Positions 37,079-47,876 of a stretch of 64,000 nucleotides of DNA are shown here, in pieces. The notes under the pieces are model-generated. The model worked only from the letters and a program-made list of their open reading frames with translations. It was not told the origin of the DNA and made no database searches. This DNA is from Aulosira sp. ZfuVER01. Lineage in GTDB: Bacteria > Cyanobacteriota > Cyanobacteriia > Cyanobacteriales > Nostocaceae. The translations under genes were made by a program, and so were the position numbers. How positions within the stretch are numbered: position 1 is the first letter of the stretch; each line of letters starts with the position of its first letter. The stretch lies in contig JAVRCV020000019.1 of assembly GCA_034530615.2 (NCBI GenBank), forward strand, positions 1-64,000. The letters are read 5' to 3'.

Positions 37079-39877
37079 CTACGGACGCGACAGTAAGCGC
37101 CGTTCGCCGTAACGTAATAACCTTTCAATAGTTGCCAGACGATTTTCCCAAACTTTGACTTGATAAGGATTTTCCATAGCTTCTTGGTTCATCCAGGTTC
37201 TAAATTGTGTCTGGAAGCGAGTTAGCGTAGCTCGCGCTGTAACGAACTTACTGGCAGAAGGTGAGGCTGCAAGCTGATTTAAAGCATTTTGTAAAACTTG
37301 TGCTTGATTGTTAAACTCAGAAATCGTTGTTGCAGGCATCTTCATTTGGTCGTTTTGGACAATAAACTGCCATTCGCGTTGTAAGGCAGTATAACGAACA
37401 GCCGCAGTTTGAAAAGGTTTGCGGTGAGGAATAGGTTCGCTGGTTGTCGGTTGCACCTTACCTTGGGTATTACTGAAGAGTTTTTGTAACTCATTGCTCA
37501 AGTTTTCTGCCGCAAAGAGTGCGTAACCGCTTACTGGCAAGTCCCTCACAAGTTGCAATTGATCGAAGGCTCCGACTGCTGGCAAGGAAAGCAAGCGAAT
37601 TCCCGGTACTAATAAAGTTGCTCCTAATTTTGTGGAAGCAATCCAAGGTTGTGCGAGTCTTTGGAAGCGAGGAGTATCCAAGGCGTAAGTCATGGGAACG
37701 ATTAAATCTATATCTCCTTGTCTGGCCCAAACTTCCCAGTTTTGTTGGATCTTCTGAATGCGTTCTAATTCTGGCAGGGGAAATACGGCGACTGACATAA
37801 TTAAATTTGGTCGCTTTTGCCGTAACTGTTGTGAAAGTTGATCCACAAAACTATTAACTTGCTCGGTGCGGAATGCTGTCCATTTTTGCCACATTTCGCG
37901 ATCGCTTGGCGAAACCTTCAACGGATCTACGCCTGTAATTTTTTGAAACTGCTCTCTTGCAGCTTTCCCATAGCCGTAAATTCTACCTGCGGCTGGATCT
38001 TGGAAGGGATAGCGAATGTAGTCTAACTGAATACCATCTACTTGATAACGAGTGACAATTTCTTCGTACAGCTTCATTAAGTACTGACGCAATTCGGGGT
38101 TAGCTGGATCGAAAAATGGCTTGGTTTGACCAGCAGGAATCATGTTGCCACGATTATCATAGTTTGCCCAATCGGGATGAGCCGCCAGCACTGGCCCTGG
38201 ATAATCAGGCTTGACGTTAATCACCTCATTGTGGCGCTGATTGCCAGCGGCGAAAACCCAAACCCAAGCGTGTAATTCCATACCTCTGGCATGAGCTAAT
38301 TTGACTCCTGCTGCTAATGGGTCCCAGCCGCGAATTAATGGGTTTTGCTGCGGTGCAACTTGGCTGGGATAAATGGGATAACTGGCGTTGACGGTTTCAA
38401 AAAATACAGTGTTAATCCCAGCTTGCGCCAGTCGGTCAAAAATTTGGGCTAGTCCCTGTTCGCTACCAGCACGGACAATTGTCCCGCGATCTAACCACAC
38501 TGACCGGATTTCTGGTTGAGCTAATTTGCGATCGAGGGGAAACTGCTTCCATAAACTCGCCTTGGCTGTTAGCCACTGCTGACGAGCTAGAGCATAGTTT
38601 TTTTGAGCAATTAACTGCGGTAAGTTTTTGGCAATTTCTCTAGCTTTAGCGATCGCTTGCTGGGTGTCTGGGATGGGAACACCAGATCTGCTGGCGACTA
38701 AGCTGGTGCGATCCACTTTCAGCGCTTGGGTATTGCTACTTACCGCTGCTTCGCCACCAGAGTCAGCAACTGCGGCTGCTAAATGGGCACTTTCCACTCG
38801 ACCAATCAGATGTTCTAGCTCATGCTGGAGGGCGATCGCTTCATTGCTACCAATCGGCGCGTTAGAGTTGGGAACAACATCCAAACGCACTGCTTGTTCT
38901 AGTTGGTCAATCGGCTCTTGTAGATTTTGGGGAGTAACATTTGTCAGGGGTCTAGGTTGGGGCGCAGTGGCGATCGCTTTTGGTAATTGCGGAGTTTTGG
39001 GTGGAGTGTTTTGAAGCGGAAGTTTTGGTTTTGGTGCGATCGCTTGTAAAATCGTTGGCGATAAAACTGGTTGTGCTGGAGGCGTTTTGGATGCAACTGT
39101 CACTGAAGTAGAACAGACTGGTGAGCCACCCTCAATTTTTTTACTAGCACTGGGGGGCAATTTCATGTAACGGTCTAAGGAAGCTTTTAACCAAGCATTA
39201 TCTACATCTGCTGTTGCGACTGCATCTACACCCCAGCGCCAGCCCAAAAAGGTGGAATTATCGGTTGTCACGACTGCGGCTGGATTATCTTTGGCATTCC
39301 AAACAGCAGCTGGTGTGCTTAAGTTATCAGGTATCACCACACCACCATGCACTTTACCAAACAGTTGATCTTGATTAGCCCATTGCTGTGGTAGCTTGGT
39401 TTTTGCTGGTTGCATCTGTTGTGTATCACCGAGGCTGAATCCCCAGTAACCCCCCAACAGCGTCCGCAACAACTGCCGGACTCCTGGTGCTGATAGACTA
39501 CCGGCAGGGCCGCTGGCAATCAAGCGCCCGCCTTTACTCATCCATTCTTCTAAGGCGATCGCTTGTGCTGGTGTTAATGTCTCCACATTTGGCAAAAATA
39601 ATACCCGGCGATCGCCCCAATCTGCCGGACTCCTCACAGCATCTAGAGGAATCACACAATACTTCACCCCTGCTGCCTGCAAGCGGTTTGTGATTCCTGC
39701 CCATTGACTAGTATTATCTTGACTATAAACTATACTCAATACAGGTTCTTCATCTGCGGCTATTGCTGGTAAGTTAACCAAACTATTTAATAGTAAAAAT
39801 TGCAAATTAAAAATGAAGAATCCGGCTTTTTTAATTTTTAACTGTAATTTGGTAATACGGTTTTCCTGATTCTTCAC
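37079..39877 (-). CDS. glycoside hydrolase-like family 10 (GHL10/YddW) secreted protein
   Basis: EIRSVWLD, GINTVFFET, DPL…AHARGMELHAW, VDGIQLDYIRYP. Confidence 0.88.
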   Translation of the reverse strand: MKNQENRITKLQLKIKKAGFFIFNLQFLLLNSLVNLPAIAADEEPVLSIVYSQDNTSQWAGITNRLQAAGVKYCVIPLDAVRSPADWGDRRVLFLPNVETLTPAQAIALEEWMSKGGRLIASGPAGSLSAPGVRQLLRTLLGGYWGFSLGDTQQMQPAKTKLPQQWANQDQLFGKVHGGVVIPDNLSTPAAVWNAKDNPAAVVTTDNSTFLGWRWGVDAVATADVDNAWLKASLDRYMKLPPSASKKIEGGSPVCSTSVTVASKTPPAQPVLSPTILQAIAPKPKLPLQNTPPKTPQLPKAIATAPQPRPLTNVTPQNLQEPIDQLEQAVRLDVVPNSNAPIGSNEAIALQHELEHLIGRVESAHLAAAVADSGGEAAVSSNTQALKVDRTSLVASRSGVPIPDTQQAIAKAREIAKNLPQLIAQKNYALARQQWLTAKASLWKQFPLDRKLAQPEIRSVWLDRGTIVRAGSEQGLAQIFDRLAQAGINTVFFETVNASYPIYPSQVAPQQNPLIRGWDPLAAGVKLAHARGMELHAWVWVFAAGNQRHNEVINVKPDYPGPVLAAHPDWANYDNRGNMIPAGQTKPFFDPANPELRQYLMKLYEEIVTRYQVDGIQLDYIRYPFQDPAAGRIYGYGKAAREQFQKITGVDPLKVSPSDREMWQKWTAFRTEQVNSFVDQLSQQLRQKRPNLIMSVAVFPLPELERIQKIQQNWEVWARQGDIDLIVPMTYALDTPRFQRLAQPWIASTKLGATLLVPGIRLLSLPAVGAFDQLQLVRDLPVSGYALFAAENLSNELQKLFSNTQGKVQPTTSEPIPHRKPFQTAAVRYTALQREWQFIVQNDQMKMPATTISEFNNQAQVLQNALNQLAASPSASKFVTARATLTRFQTQFRTWMNQEAMENPYQVKVWENRLATIERLLRYGERRLLSRP

Positions 39878-39931
39878 TCCTCAATCCTCACTTAATTAGT
39901 TATTTGTTAACAGAAAACAATCGCGTGTGTT

Positions 39932-40030
39932 GAACAACTTGCGGTGGAAGGGTTTCCTAGCATAAGCAAAGTGGTGTTGGCGCAGCGCTAGCGACGCAGG
40001 AGCGTCACCCGAAGGGCTTCTCGCAGAATA
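39932..40030. repeat. GC-rich dispersed repeats (nested SDR-like)
   Basis: GCGACGCAGGAGCGTC and CCCGAAGGG mini-hairpins; related units at 41559-41628 and 61729-61775. Confidence 0.55.
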
Positions 40031-40179
40031 CTGGCTTTCAAAAATCAACTGTCAATAGTTGTTTTTTATACTTTTGTCATGTCGATTTCAGATTTTTTTG
40101 GTTCCTGACTCACCCATGTTTGGGTGAAATAAATCCAAAATCCAAATCTATTGACTTTTGAATTTCGACTGAGCATCTT

Positions 40180-41502
40180 TTAAGCAATACAAGTATTGAT
40201 TAATTCATCAATTCCTGCTATGGGAAAGATTTTTGTTCCCAGTTTGCTAGCGACCTCTTCAATACTCATATCATCTAAAAATATCAATTCACCATGTTTA
40301 AGCATGACATTTGGCAGCAAAATTCCATCACCTAAATCTTGCCCTTGTAAATTTAAAAGTAGATCGTGCCCTGTTAATAAGCCTGTAACGCTAATATTCT
40401 GTCCCCAATAATCGCTAGATAAAGCACGCATATTTACCTGCAAACCTGCAACAGCATTTAACTGTTGGAGAATTGGTTGAAATGCTTGCTCTACTGCATT
40501 ACCAACTACCCAAGTTAATTTTTTCTGGGGAGATATTTTAGTTGGTAGCGATTTGGCAGCTGTAGCAAATTGCTTGAGAAATAACCGAATGGAACCAACG
40601 CCATTATCAATTTGGGGATATTCTTCATATTCAGCTTCACTAGGCAATTCTGCTCCTGCAATTAAAAACCACTCATCGGCTAACCAAACAACGCTAGAAC
40701 CGAACTTTTGGCGAAATTCTAAAGAGAGCGATCGCACTTGGGAAATCACTTCTTGAGCTTTCTCCTGCGTTACCGGGATCAGTTCGTCTTCTTGGGGACG
40801 AAACCGCGTTAACCCCACCGGTACCACAGCCACTGATGCGACTGTCGGCACTTCCCCAGTATAAAATGACGCTAAATCTCGTAGTGTTTGTTCCAAATGT
40901 CTGCCATCATTTATACCCGGACAAACAACGACTTGGGCGTGAATTTGCAGCCGTCTTTCTTGAAACCACTTCAGTTGTTGCAGAATTTGTCCAGCACGGG
41001 GATTTTTCAGCAACCTAGTTCTAACTTCCGGTTCTGTAGCGTGTACAGAAACATACAAAGGAGACACGCGCATTTGTTCAATCCGTTGCCATTCTCGTTC
41101 TGGTAAATTCGTGAGAGTTAAATAGGAGCCATATAAAAAGCTTAGACGGTAATCGTCATCTTTAAAGTACAAGCTAGAACGTTTACCAGGTGGTTGTTGG
41201 TCAATAAAGCAAAACGGGCAATGATTATTACACTGAATTAACGCATCGAATAAAGCAGTTTCAAATTCTAGCCCTAAGTCTTCGTCGTAGTCTTTTTCAA
41301 TTTCCAGGTGATGGGTTTTGCCAGCAGCATCTAAAACTTCTAGTTCTAGAACCTCATCAGCACATAAATATTGATAATCAATCAAATCACGGGGAGGTGT
41401 ACCGTTGATAGCAACGATCGCATCTCCCGCCTCAAAACCGATTTCCGCAGCAATGGAATCGGGTAATACTTTGCTAATTCGGGCCGGATGGATTGTACTC
41501 AT
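40180..41502 (-). CDS. PDZ-containing radical SAM protein (TIGR03279 family)
   Basis: N-terminal PDZ-like domain; CNNHCPFCFIDQ; DDDYRLSFL. Confidence 0.9.
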   Translation of the reverse strand: MSTIHPARISKVLPDSIAAEIGFEAGDAIVAINGTPPRDLIDYQYLCADEVLELEVLDAAGKTHHLEIEKDYDEDLGLEFETALFDALIQCNNHCPFCFIDQQPPGKRSSLYFKDDDYRLSFLYGSYLTLTNLPEREWQRIEQMRVSPLYVSVHATEPEVRTRLLKNPRAGQILQQLKWFQERRLQIHAQVVVCPGINDGRHLEQTLRDLASFYTGEVPTVASVAVVPVGLTRFRPQEDELIPVTQEKAQEVISQVRSLSLEFRQKFGSSVVWLADEWFLIAGAELPSEAEYEEYPQIDNGVGSIRLFLKQFATAAKSLPTKISPQKKLTWVVGNAVEQAFQPILQQLNAVAGLQVNMRALSSDYWGQNISVTGLLTGHDLLLNLQGQDLGDGILLPNVMLKHGELIFLDDMSIEEVASKLGTKIFPIAGIDELINTCIA

Positions 41503-41708
41503 GGGTCATTGGGCATTTGTTATTCTTACAAAGTTCTAAGTTGAGGTTTCCTTAGCTCAACGCCACTTGCGTTCCGACGCAAGGCGACACGCCACCCCAT
41601 GCGGGGGTGGCTCAGGAACGCAGTGGCTAGACTTTGCGCTTTGTCATTTGCCATTTGTCATTGGTCGTTTGCTCTAAAAGAAGGACTAAGACAAATGACA
41701 AGGGACTA

Positions 41709-42671
41709 TTAACTATTCTTCAATAAACCAGCACCGATTGACCCCAGTATTAATACACCAAATGCCAATCGATACCAAATAAATACCCAAGTACTCTGAG
41801 TTTTGAGGAAGCGTAGCAACCCGGCGATCGCAATATAGGAAAATATTGTGGCAGAAATCACTCCTACAACTAAGGGAAGTATTGCTGTACTACTTAACCC
41901 TGCTCCTAAAACATCCTTTAACTCAACTAACCCCGCTAAAGTAATGGCAGGAATACCTAGCAAAAACGAAAACCGGGCTGCGGTTTCCCGTTCTAATCCC
42001 ATAAATAAGCCCCCTGTCAGGGTAGAACCAGAACGAGATACGCCAGGGATTAATGCCAAACATTGCGCCAAGCCCATCAATAGCCCATCATTCATCGTTA
42101 ATTTTTCAAAATCGCGTTGACGCTTGCCTAGTTGTTCAGCCAATCCCAGTAACAGTGACATAACTATAGAAGCAACAGCGATCGCGCCTAAGCTTCTGAT
42201 GGGAGAATTATCAAAATCGGGGATAAACTTTTTGATTAACAGCCCAAAGAAGATAATCGGCAAAGTGCCCAAAATTATCCCTAGAGCCAGCCGCAAGTCG
42301 TAATCATTGTAATCTTTACGAGCGATCGCTGTTGCCGACCCCCGCACAATTCGCATCAAGTCTTGCCAGAAGTACCACAGCACAGCTGCAATACTACCGA
42401 GTTGAATAATTGCTGTAAAAGCTACCCCAGGATCGCCCCAACCCAGAACTACAGGCACAACTTTTAAATGGGCTGTGCTACTAATCGGTAAGAATTCTGT
42501 AATTCCTTGAACGAAGCCTAAAAAAATTGCTTGCAAAATATTCATTTGTTGCACCCCGTTACCCGCTGGGTTAGGTTCGGCGCTGAGAACTTGAAGGGGA
42601 AATGCGGCAACTGAGACAGTAGCAGATGCTGCACTTAAAATTACGAACCATTGACGTTTTAATAGAGCCAT
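41709..42671 (-). CDS. uppP: undecaprenyl-diphosphate phosphatase
   Basis: QGITEFLPISSTAH; PGVSRSGST; AARFSFLL. Confidence 0.95.
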   Translation of the reverse strand: MALLKRQWFVILSAASATVSVAAFPLQVLSAEPNPAGNGVQQMNILQAIFLGFVQGITEFLPISSTAHLKVVPVVLGWGDPGVAFTAIIQLGSIAAVLWYFWQDLMRIVRGSATAIARKDYNDYDLRLALGIILGTLPIIFFGLLIKKFIPDFDNSPIRSLGAIAVASIVMSLLLGLAEQLGKRQRDFEKLTMNDGLLMGLAQCLALIPGVSRSGSTLTGGLFMGLERETAARFSFLLGIPAITLAGLVELKDVLGAGLSSTAILPLVVGVISATIFSYIAIAGLLRFLKTQSTWVFIWYRLAFGVLILGSIGAGLLKNS

Positions 42672-43025
42672 TAGTTTACCTGCGATCGCTGACATTACAA
42701 CCAATTACACAAACACTTACTTGGGGAACTTGCCAGGAAAATAACTCGTAAATATTCGGGTTGTCTTTTCTCCCCAAAAAGGCGCGCCATTAATTTACCA
42801 TCCTCTGTTCGAGAGAGTGGCTGACAATAGGTAGAGTTTCTCAGAAATAGATGAAGCCTTAACTACAATCTTTTAAATTTAGTGTGACCAACTGAATGTT
42901 CCTGTTTCAAGGCAACATCTCAAAAAATCTCGGCAAAAACAAGCTAAGATAAATATGCCCCAGGGGGGGATTTTTGGATGTGGTATCTTAAGTAAGATAA
43001 AGTTTAGTAACAATTATTAAAAACA

Positions 43026-43805
43026 TTGATTAATAATACATTGTCCTCTTACAGTGCTTCTACTACCTCTATAGATACTGAGTTACATTCCACTAACATG
43101 GGGCACAAAGCCATTAGTGAATTGGAATCTACACTTTCTCAATCTCCTAATCTGCCCATCTCTTCATCGTCACCGCAAGTTTGGCTAGTGTTAGCAGCGG
43201 CGGTGTTTTTAGTATCTGTACCAGTGTTTGTCGAAGCCCCACTAGTGCGATCGCTGCCAAGTTTAAGTTTGGCAATGACAGGATTGTGGGTATGGCTAAG
43301 TTTTACTTTAATGTCACGTCCTGCTACTTATCTCTGGGGTGATTTGCTGTTAGGGTTTAGCTGGAGTTGGCTAGCTGGGGCAATTTACTGGGGCTGGTTA
43401 CGTTGGGAACCGATGTGGCATTTGCCAGTAGAGTCTATTGGCTTACCCTTTGCCTGTTGGTGTTTGCTACGGAATTGGGGCAAAGTCGGTAACTGGTTTT
43501 ATTTAGGTTCGTTATTCGGTACAGTCCTAACCGATGTGTATTTTTATTTAGTAGATTTAATGCCCTATTGGCGGCAAATTATGCAGGTGGAACCTGAGAA
43601 TGTTGCACCAATTTTGCAAACTGCCCTCATCCAAGTTCAAACACCGTGGGGTCAAGCCTGGGCAGTAATTCTCGCCTCAGCGCTGTTGACAATCGGGGTT
43701 TTACCTTTACGCCACAAACAAAGACATTGGTATGCTTTTGGGGGCGCAGTTTTAAGCACAATTTTAGTAGATAGCTTATTTTTATTAGCTGCGGCTTTAG
43801 CCTAA
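43026..43805 (+). CDS. DUF3120 membrane protein
   Basis: FLVSVPVFVEAPLVR; WLAGAIYWGWLRWEP.WHLP. Confidence 0.85.
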   Translation: MINNTLSSYSASTTSIDTELHSTNMGHKAISELESTLSQSPNLPISSSSPQVWLVLAAAVFLVSVPVFVEAPLVRSLPSLSLAMTGLWVWLSFTLMSRPATYLWGDLLLGFSWSWLAGAIYWGWLRWEPMWHLPVESIGLPFACWCLLRNWGKVGNWFYLGSLFGTVLTDVYFYLVDLMPYWRQIMQVEPENVAPILQTALIQVQTPWGQAWAVILASALLTIGVLPLRHKQRHWYAFGGAVLSTILVDSLFLLAAALA

Positions 43806-43954
43806 GAACTTGATGTGTTAACAATAGTGCGATCGCACTATCCCAATCTTCAATTCATTAAGTGCGATCGCATAATTTGTCAATTACTGTAAAAACAAAT
43901 AACAAATGATTCAAAATCCTATCCCAAGAAGGAATAGGATGAGCCTACTAATCG

Positions 43955-45526
43955 TTAGTTACCGCTAGTCGCAGGCGCATCTGGTGGCGGAGATGGCTGG
44001 CGAGAACGACGTAATGAATCTATCAATTTGCTTTGACTAGGAGATGTAGGTTGTTGTGTTCGCCGCCGTCGCCTATTGTTAGCTGGTTGGGGCTGTGGTT
44101 TTGAGGTGTTAGCAACACTCTCACGCCGACGCCTTAGAGATTCTCTTAAATTGCTCTGATTAGATGAATTAGATACAGGGGTTTCTGTTCTAGGAAGAAG
44201 CAACCGTCTACTTGTGCGATTTTCCGTTGCTTCTGATGAAGGTGTAGGCGATCGCCTCTGTGTAGTTCTATTTTCTGTAGTATTTTCCCCAGTATTTTCT
44301 GTGTTTGTTGATGTGACAACCCGCCGCCTACGTCTTGGTGTTTCCTCATTGGAACTAGCATTAGAAGCTGCTGTTGGTTGGCTTTTTTGTGCTGCTTGTG
44401 CTTGTCTTTTACGTTCTTGAACTTCGCGGTGACGACGAGAACCTTGAATAGCAAATTCCGTAGCTATTGATACACCTTGCCGCCCACCCGCCGCAGGTTT
44501 TAATTTCCATTCACGGGCTTGTCTGAGGGTTTCTTCATCTAAATCACGATTTCCACTAGAGCGAGCAATCCGCACACTAGTGACATTACCATTATCATCG
44601 GTATCAACTGCTACTTCTACCCTACCTTCAATACCTCGCCTTCTGGCTGCTTCTGGGTACTTGGTGCGACATTCACGACAAGCTGCTCGACCATTACCTG
44701 AACCATTGGAATCGCGATCGCTATTTCCAGGTAATCTTGGAGATGTTGGTGCTGTTGCTACTGGCTTACCTGTTCCTGAGCCATTACCGATACCATTGCC
44801 GATACCGTTACCTGAGCCATTGCCGATACCGTTACCTGAGCCATTGCCGATACCGTTACCAATACCATTGCCAACACCGTTGCCTGAGCCATTGCCGATA
44901 CCCTTACCTGTACCGTTACCGATAGCAAAACCCGTACCATTACCAAGGGCAACAGTGGAGCCACCGCCACCGCCTGGATTATTTGAGTTTCTAATCCCAC
45001 TCAACAACTCTCTCAACTGTGGATCTGCTTTTTGCGTACCACCAGATGGTTGTACAGGAGTGGTTTTAACAGCAATGGAAGTAGAACGCTGGGGAGCTTG
45101 AACTGTTGTTTTCTCAACTAGCTTAGAATTATTTACTACCTTCCGTTCTGGTGTAGTTGGCTGCTGTATGACTGGTTTTTCAACCTTAATAACTGGCTGC
45201 GGTAGAGAAGTTACAGGAGGAGCGACAGACGCTTGAGTTTTAGGTGCAGGTTCAATACTACGCTCAATCTTACTAGGCGCGGGAGCCTCTGGAGATGGTT
45301 TAACCTCTTCTAGTGGTTTTGGCGTTTCCAGATCCGTTGGCTCAACGAGAGTTAATTCAATAGGTTCCTCTTCTACTTCCGGCACTCTAGTTAACAGATT
45401 AGTAATTCCAGAGGCTAGCACTGCTATATGTAGTATGAGTGAACTAACTAGACTGAAAGTCAAAAAAGACTTCAAAGCCTTAGCTTCTTTTTCTCGCTGT
45501 GCCACAGCGATACTGGAAAAACCCAT
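43955..45526 (-). CDS. tonB: energy transducer TonB
   Basis: N-terminal TM SLILH, Pro-rich linker, GNG repeats, YPEAARRRGIEGRV…SSGN; divergent from exbBD. Confidence 0.9.
   Translation of the reverse strand: MGFSSIAVAQREKEAKALKSFLTFSLVSSLILHIAVLASGITNLLTRVPEVEEEPIELTLVEPTDLETPKPLEEVKPSPEAPAPSKIERSIEPAPKTQASVAPPVTSLPQPVIKVEKPVIQQPTTPERKVVNNSKLVEKTTVQAPQRSTSIAVKTTPVQPSGGTQKADPQLRELLSGIRNSNNPGGGGGSTVALGNGTGFAIGNGTGKGIGNGSGNGVGNGIGNGIGNGSGNGIGNGSGNGIGNGIGNGSGTGKPVATAPTSPRLPGNSDRDSNGSGNGRAACRECRTKYPEAARRRGIEGRVEVAVDTDDNGNVTSVRIARSSGNRDLDEETLRQAREWKLKPAAGGRQGVSIATEFAIQGSRRHREVQERKRQAQAAQKSQPTAASNASSNEETPRRRRRVVTSTNTENTGENTTENRTTQRRSPTPSSEATENRTSRRLLLPRTETPVSNSSNQSNLRESLRRRRESVANTSKPQPQPANNRRRRRTQQPTSPSQSKLIDSLRRSRQPSPPPDAPATSGN
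44770..44945 (-). repeat. 12-nt coding tandem repeat (GNG[S/I/V]) within tonB
   Basis: GCCATTGCCGAT/ACCGTTACCTGA units. Confidence 0.85.
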
Positions 45527-45529
45527 AAG

Positions 45530-45770
45530 TTTATTTGCAAGTAATTAGCATTAATTTTGTTAGATTACGTCGCTAGGTTGCAAAAGTCAAGCAATATATT
45601 GTGTGTGAAATTTTTGTGCTTATCAAGGTAAATTTTACTAAAATGCTGTAATTGCAACTTTTTCAAGGTTTAAAAATTCCCAAAATAAGAATCAATCTTG
45701 ATTATGAAGTAGCTAAAATTCGCCCTATATTGTGATTAACCTTATCTTTATTGAGAAAGTCTATTGATTA
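45530..45770. promoter_or_regulatory. AT-rich divergent promoter with possible Fur-type sites
   Basis: TTTGCAAGTAATTAGCATTAA, AATAAGAATCAATCTTGATT and TTATTGAGAAAGTCTATTGATT imperfect palindromes; iron-uptake context. Confidence 0.35.
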
Positions 45771-45825
45771 GTGGATAAGAACTGGTATTCTGAGTGTGGG
45801 TTGTTGATTAGTTAAGAAACAGTAC

Positions 45826-46479
45826 ATGGATATCAGTAAACTTTTTGAGGCTGGCGGCGTGGTAATGTGGCCGCTATTAGGGTTTAGCGTAGTAGCGATC
45901 GCCTTAATTATTGAGCGGGTTCGCTTTTGGTATCGCATCAACCATCGTCAAAACCGCGTAGTGCGAGAAGTTCTAAATCTCTACCGTCTTGATAACGTTG
46001 TCGGTGCTTTAGATAAACTACAAAAAAATGCTGATTTACCGATCGCACGTATCTTTCTTTCGGCTTTAGAACTTGAACAACCAACTCCCGAAGAGTTTCG
46101 CCTAGCCTTGGAAAGTGAAGCTCAAGCTGAAATCCCGACCCTGAAGCGATTTAACACTATCTTCGAGACAATCATCAGCCTTGCGCCCTTACTTGGATTA
46201 CTGGGTACAGTTTTGGGATTGATTACTTCCTTTGCCTCCCTCAACCTAGGAGATGTAGGAGGTACAAAAACAGCAGGTGTTACTAGTGGTATTAGTGAAG
46301 CTTTAGTTTCGACTGCAACAGGATTGGTAGTAGCAATATTTGTGCTGTTATTTGCCAACACATTTCGGGGACTGTACACTCGCCAGATGGCATCCATCCA
46401 AGAATATGGCGGGCAGTTGGAATTGCTTTATCGTCGTCGCTATGAACGAGGAGAAATGACTTATGCGGCTACAAGATGA
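45826..46479 (+). CDS. exbB: MotA/TolQ/ExbB proton channel
   Basis: GGVVMWPL; APLLGLLGTV; GISEALVSTATGL. Confidence 0.95.
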   Translation: MDISKLFEAGGVVMWPLLGFSVVAIALIIERVRFWYRINHRQNRVVREVLNLYRLDNVVGALDKLQKNADLPIARIFLSALELEQPTPEEFRLALESEAQAEIPTLKRFNTIFETIISLAPLLGLLGTVLGLITSFASLNLGDVGGTKTAGVTSGISEALVSTATGLVVAIFVLLFANTFRGLYTRQMASIQEYGGQLELLYRRRYERGEMTYAATR

Positions 46480-46867
46480 ACCAGATATCCCGCCACAAAT
46501 TAACATCGTGCCGATGATCGATGTGATATTTGCGATTTTGACATTTTTCATCATGTCAACGCTGTTTCTCACCCGCAGCGAAAGTTTGCCCGTGAATCTC
46601 CCCAAGGCAGCGACAGCTAAACAACAGCAAATTCCAACTAAAATCACCATTACGGTAGATGACAAAGGCATAGTGAGCTTGAACCGTCAGCCAACTACCA
46701 TTGATGCTTTAACAGAGCAAGTACGTAGTTTAGTTGGTGCAAACCCAGAAGCCTTAGTGATTATCAATGCGGATGAAAACATCGGGCACGGTCAGGTAGT
46801 AGCGGTTATGGATCGAGTCCGGCAAGTCAAAGGAGCTAAACTAGCGATCGCTACTCAAAAACCTTAA
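46463..46867 (+). CDS. exbD: ExbD/TolR
   Basis: INIVPMIDV; VNLPKA; INAD…VVAVMD. Confidence 0.95.
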   Translation: MRLQDEPDIPPQINIVPMIDVIFAILTFFIMSTLFLTRSESLPVNLPKAATAKQQQIPTKITITVDDKGIVSLNRQPTTIDALTEQVRSLVGANPEALVIINADENIGHGQVVAVMDRVRQVKGAKLAIATQKP

Positions 46868-47288
46868 CTATGTATGGGGCATTGGGCATTGGGCAATAGT
46901 CAAGAGTCAAGAGTCATTGGTTATTTCTCCCCTGCTCCCTTGTCCCCCTTGTCCCCCTGCTCCCTGCTTTTTATTCCTTACTCCTGCTCCTCTGCATTCA
47001 TTGAAAAATCCCTAAGTTCACTGCCTCTGCTTGTCCTCATGCAAGCACTACTTTAGAAAACTTTTTGCAAAAGTGTAGTCAAAGCCAGTAACAGTAAATA
47101 TTGTGCATATTAATAAGCTGTATATTAGTTTCTGATGACTGCTGTGTGTTAATTAAGCAAACAGCTATCAGCTTATCCTCAATGGTGAATAGTCCAGACT
47201 ATTGGCTGTTGAGTTTTGAGTGTTGACTGCTGAATGCTCTTTGGCTTAAAACTTTGATTTCAGTTTGATGGAAAGAGGTAGAAAAATC

Positions 47289-47717
47289 GTGAAAGGATTG
47301 GTGCGTTTATTAACAGTGTTTAGCTTGTTGCTTGGTTGTTGGGGATGGCTGGGAACAACTCAGATAGCCCAAGCTGCCAGTTTCAATAGCATGACTTTTC
47401 CTCAAGTCCCAATTCTGGCAATTGAACGGCAGAATCGGGCAGACGCTAAACTAGCAACGGAATTTGGTAAAAAAATTGATTTGAACAATACCAACGTCCG
47501 CGCTTTTCAACAGTATCCAGGTCTGTATCCTACCCTAGCTAAGAAAATCATCAAGAATGCTCCTTACCAAAAGGTAGAGGATGTCTTGAGTCTTCCAGGA
47601 TTGAGCGATCGCCAAAAACAAACTTTGCAAGCCAATTTAGATAAATTTACAGTGACAGAACTAGAATCTGTCTTCAACGAGGGAGACGATCGCTTTAACA
47701 ACGGTATCTATAGATAA
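47289..47717 (+). CDS. psbU: photosystem II extrinsic protein PsbU
   Basis: [12 protein letters not shown]…PGLYPTLA…[11 protein letters not shown] start after GAGG (alternative ATG 47268). Confidence 0.96.
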   Translation: MKGLVRLLTVFSLLLGCWGWLGTTQIAQAASFNSMTFPQVPILAIERQNRADAKLATEFGKKIDLNNTNVRAFQQYPGLYPTLAKKIIKNAPYQKVEDVLSLPGLSDRQKQTLQANLDKFTVTELESVFNEGDDRFNNGIYR

Positions 47718-47876
47718 CTGCAAATGCAGTTATCTTAGTGAATAACAGCCTACTCCTTCTCGAAGGAAATGGCATTTTAGCTCGGAGATGGGCATAGTCA
47801 GGAGAAAAAGAAAAATATTTTCCCTCTCCTGTTATACCCTTCTCCCCTTCTCCCCTTTCCCCCAAAATCTTTTACC

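Noticed and set aside
44770..44945. Regular repeats considered as a CRISPR array
   Set aside because: 12-nt coding tandem units with no spacers; no cas genes and no repeat-spacer array anywhere in the window.
44580..45101. Pro-rich PEPLPIPL ORF and other repeat ORFs here
   Set aside because: Antisense or alternate-frame shadows of the tonB GNG repeat.
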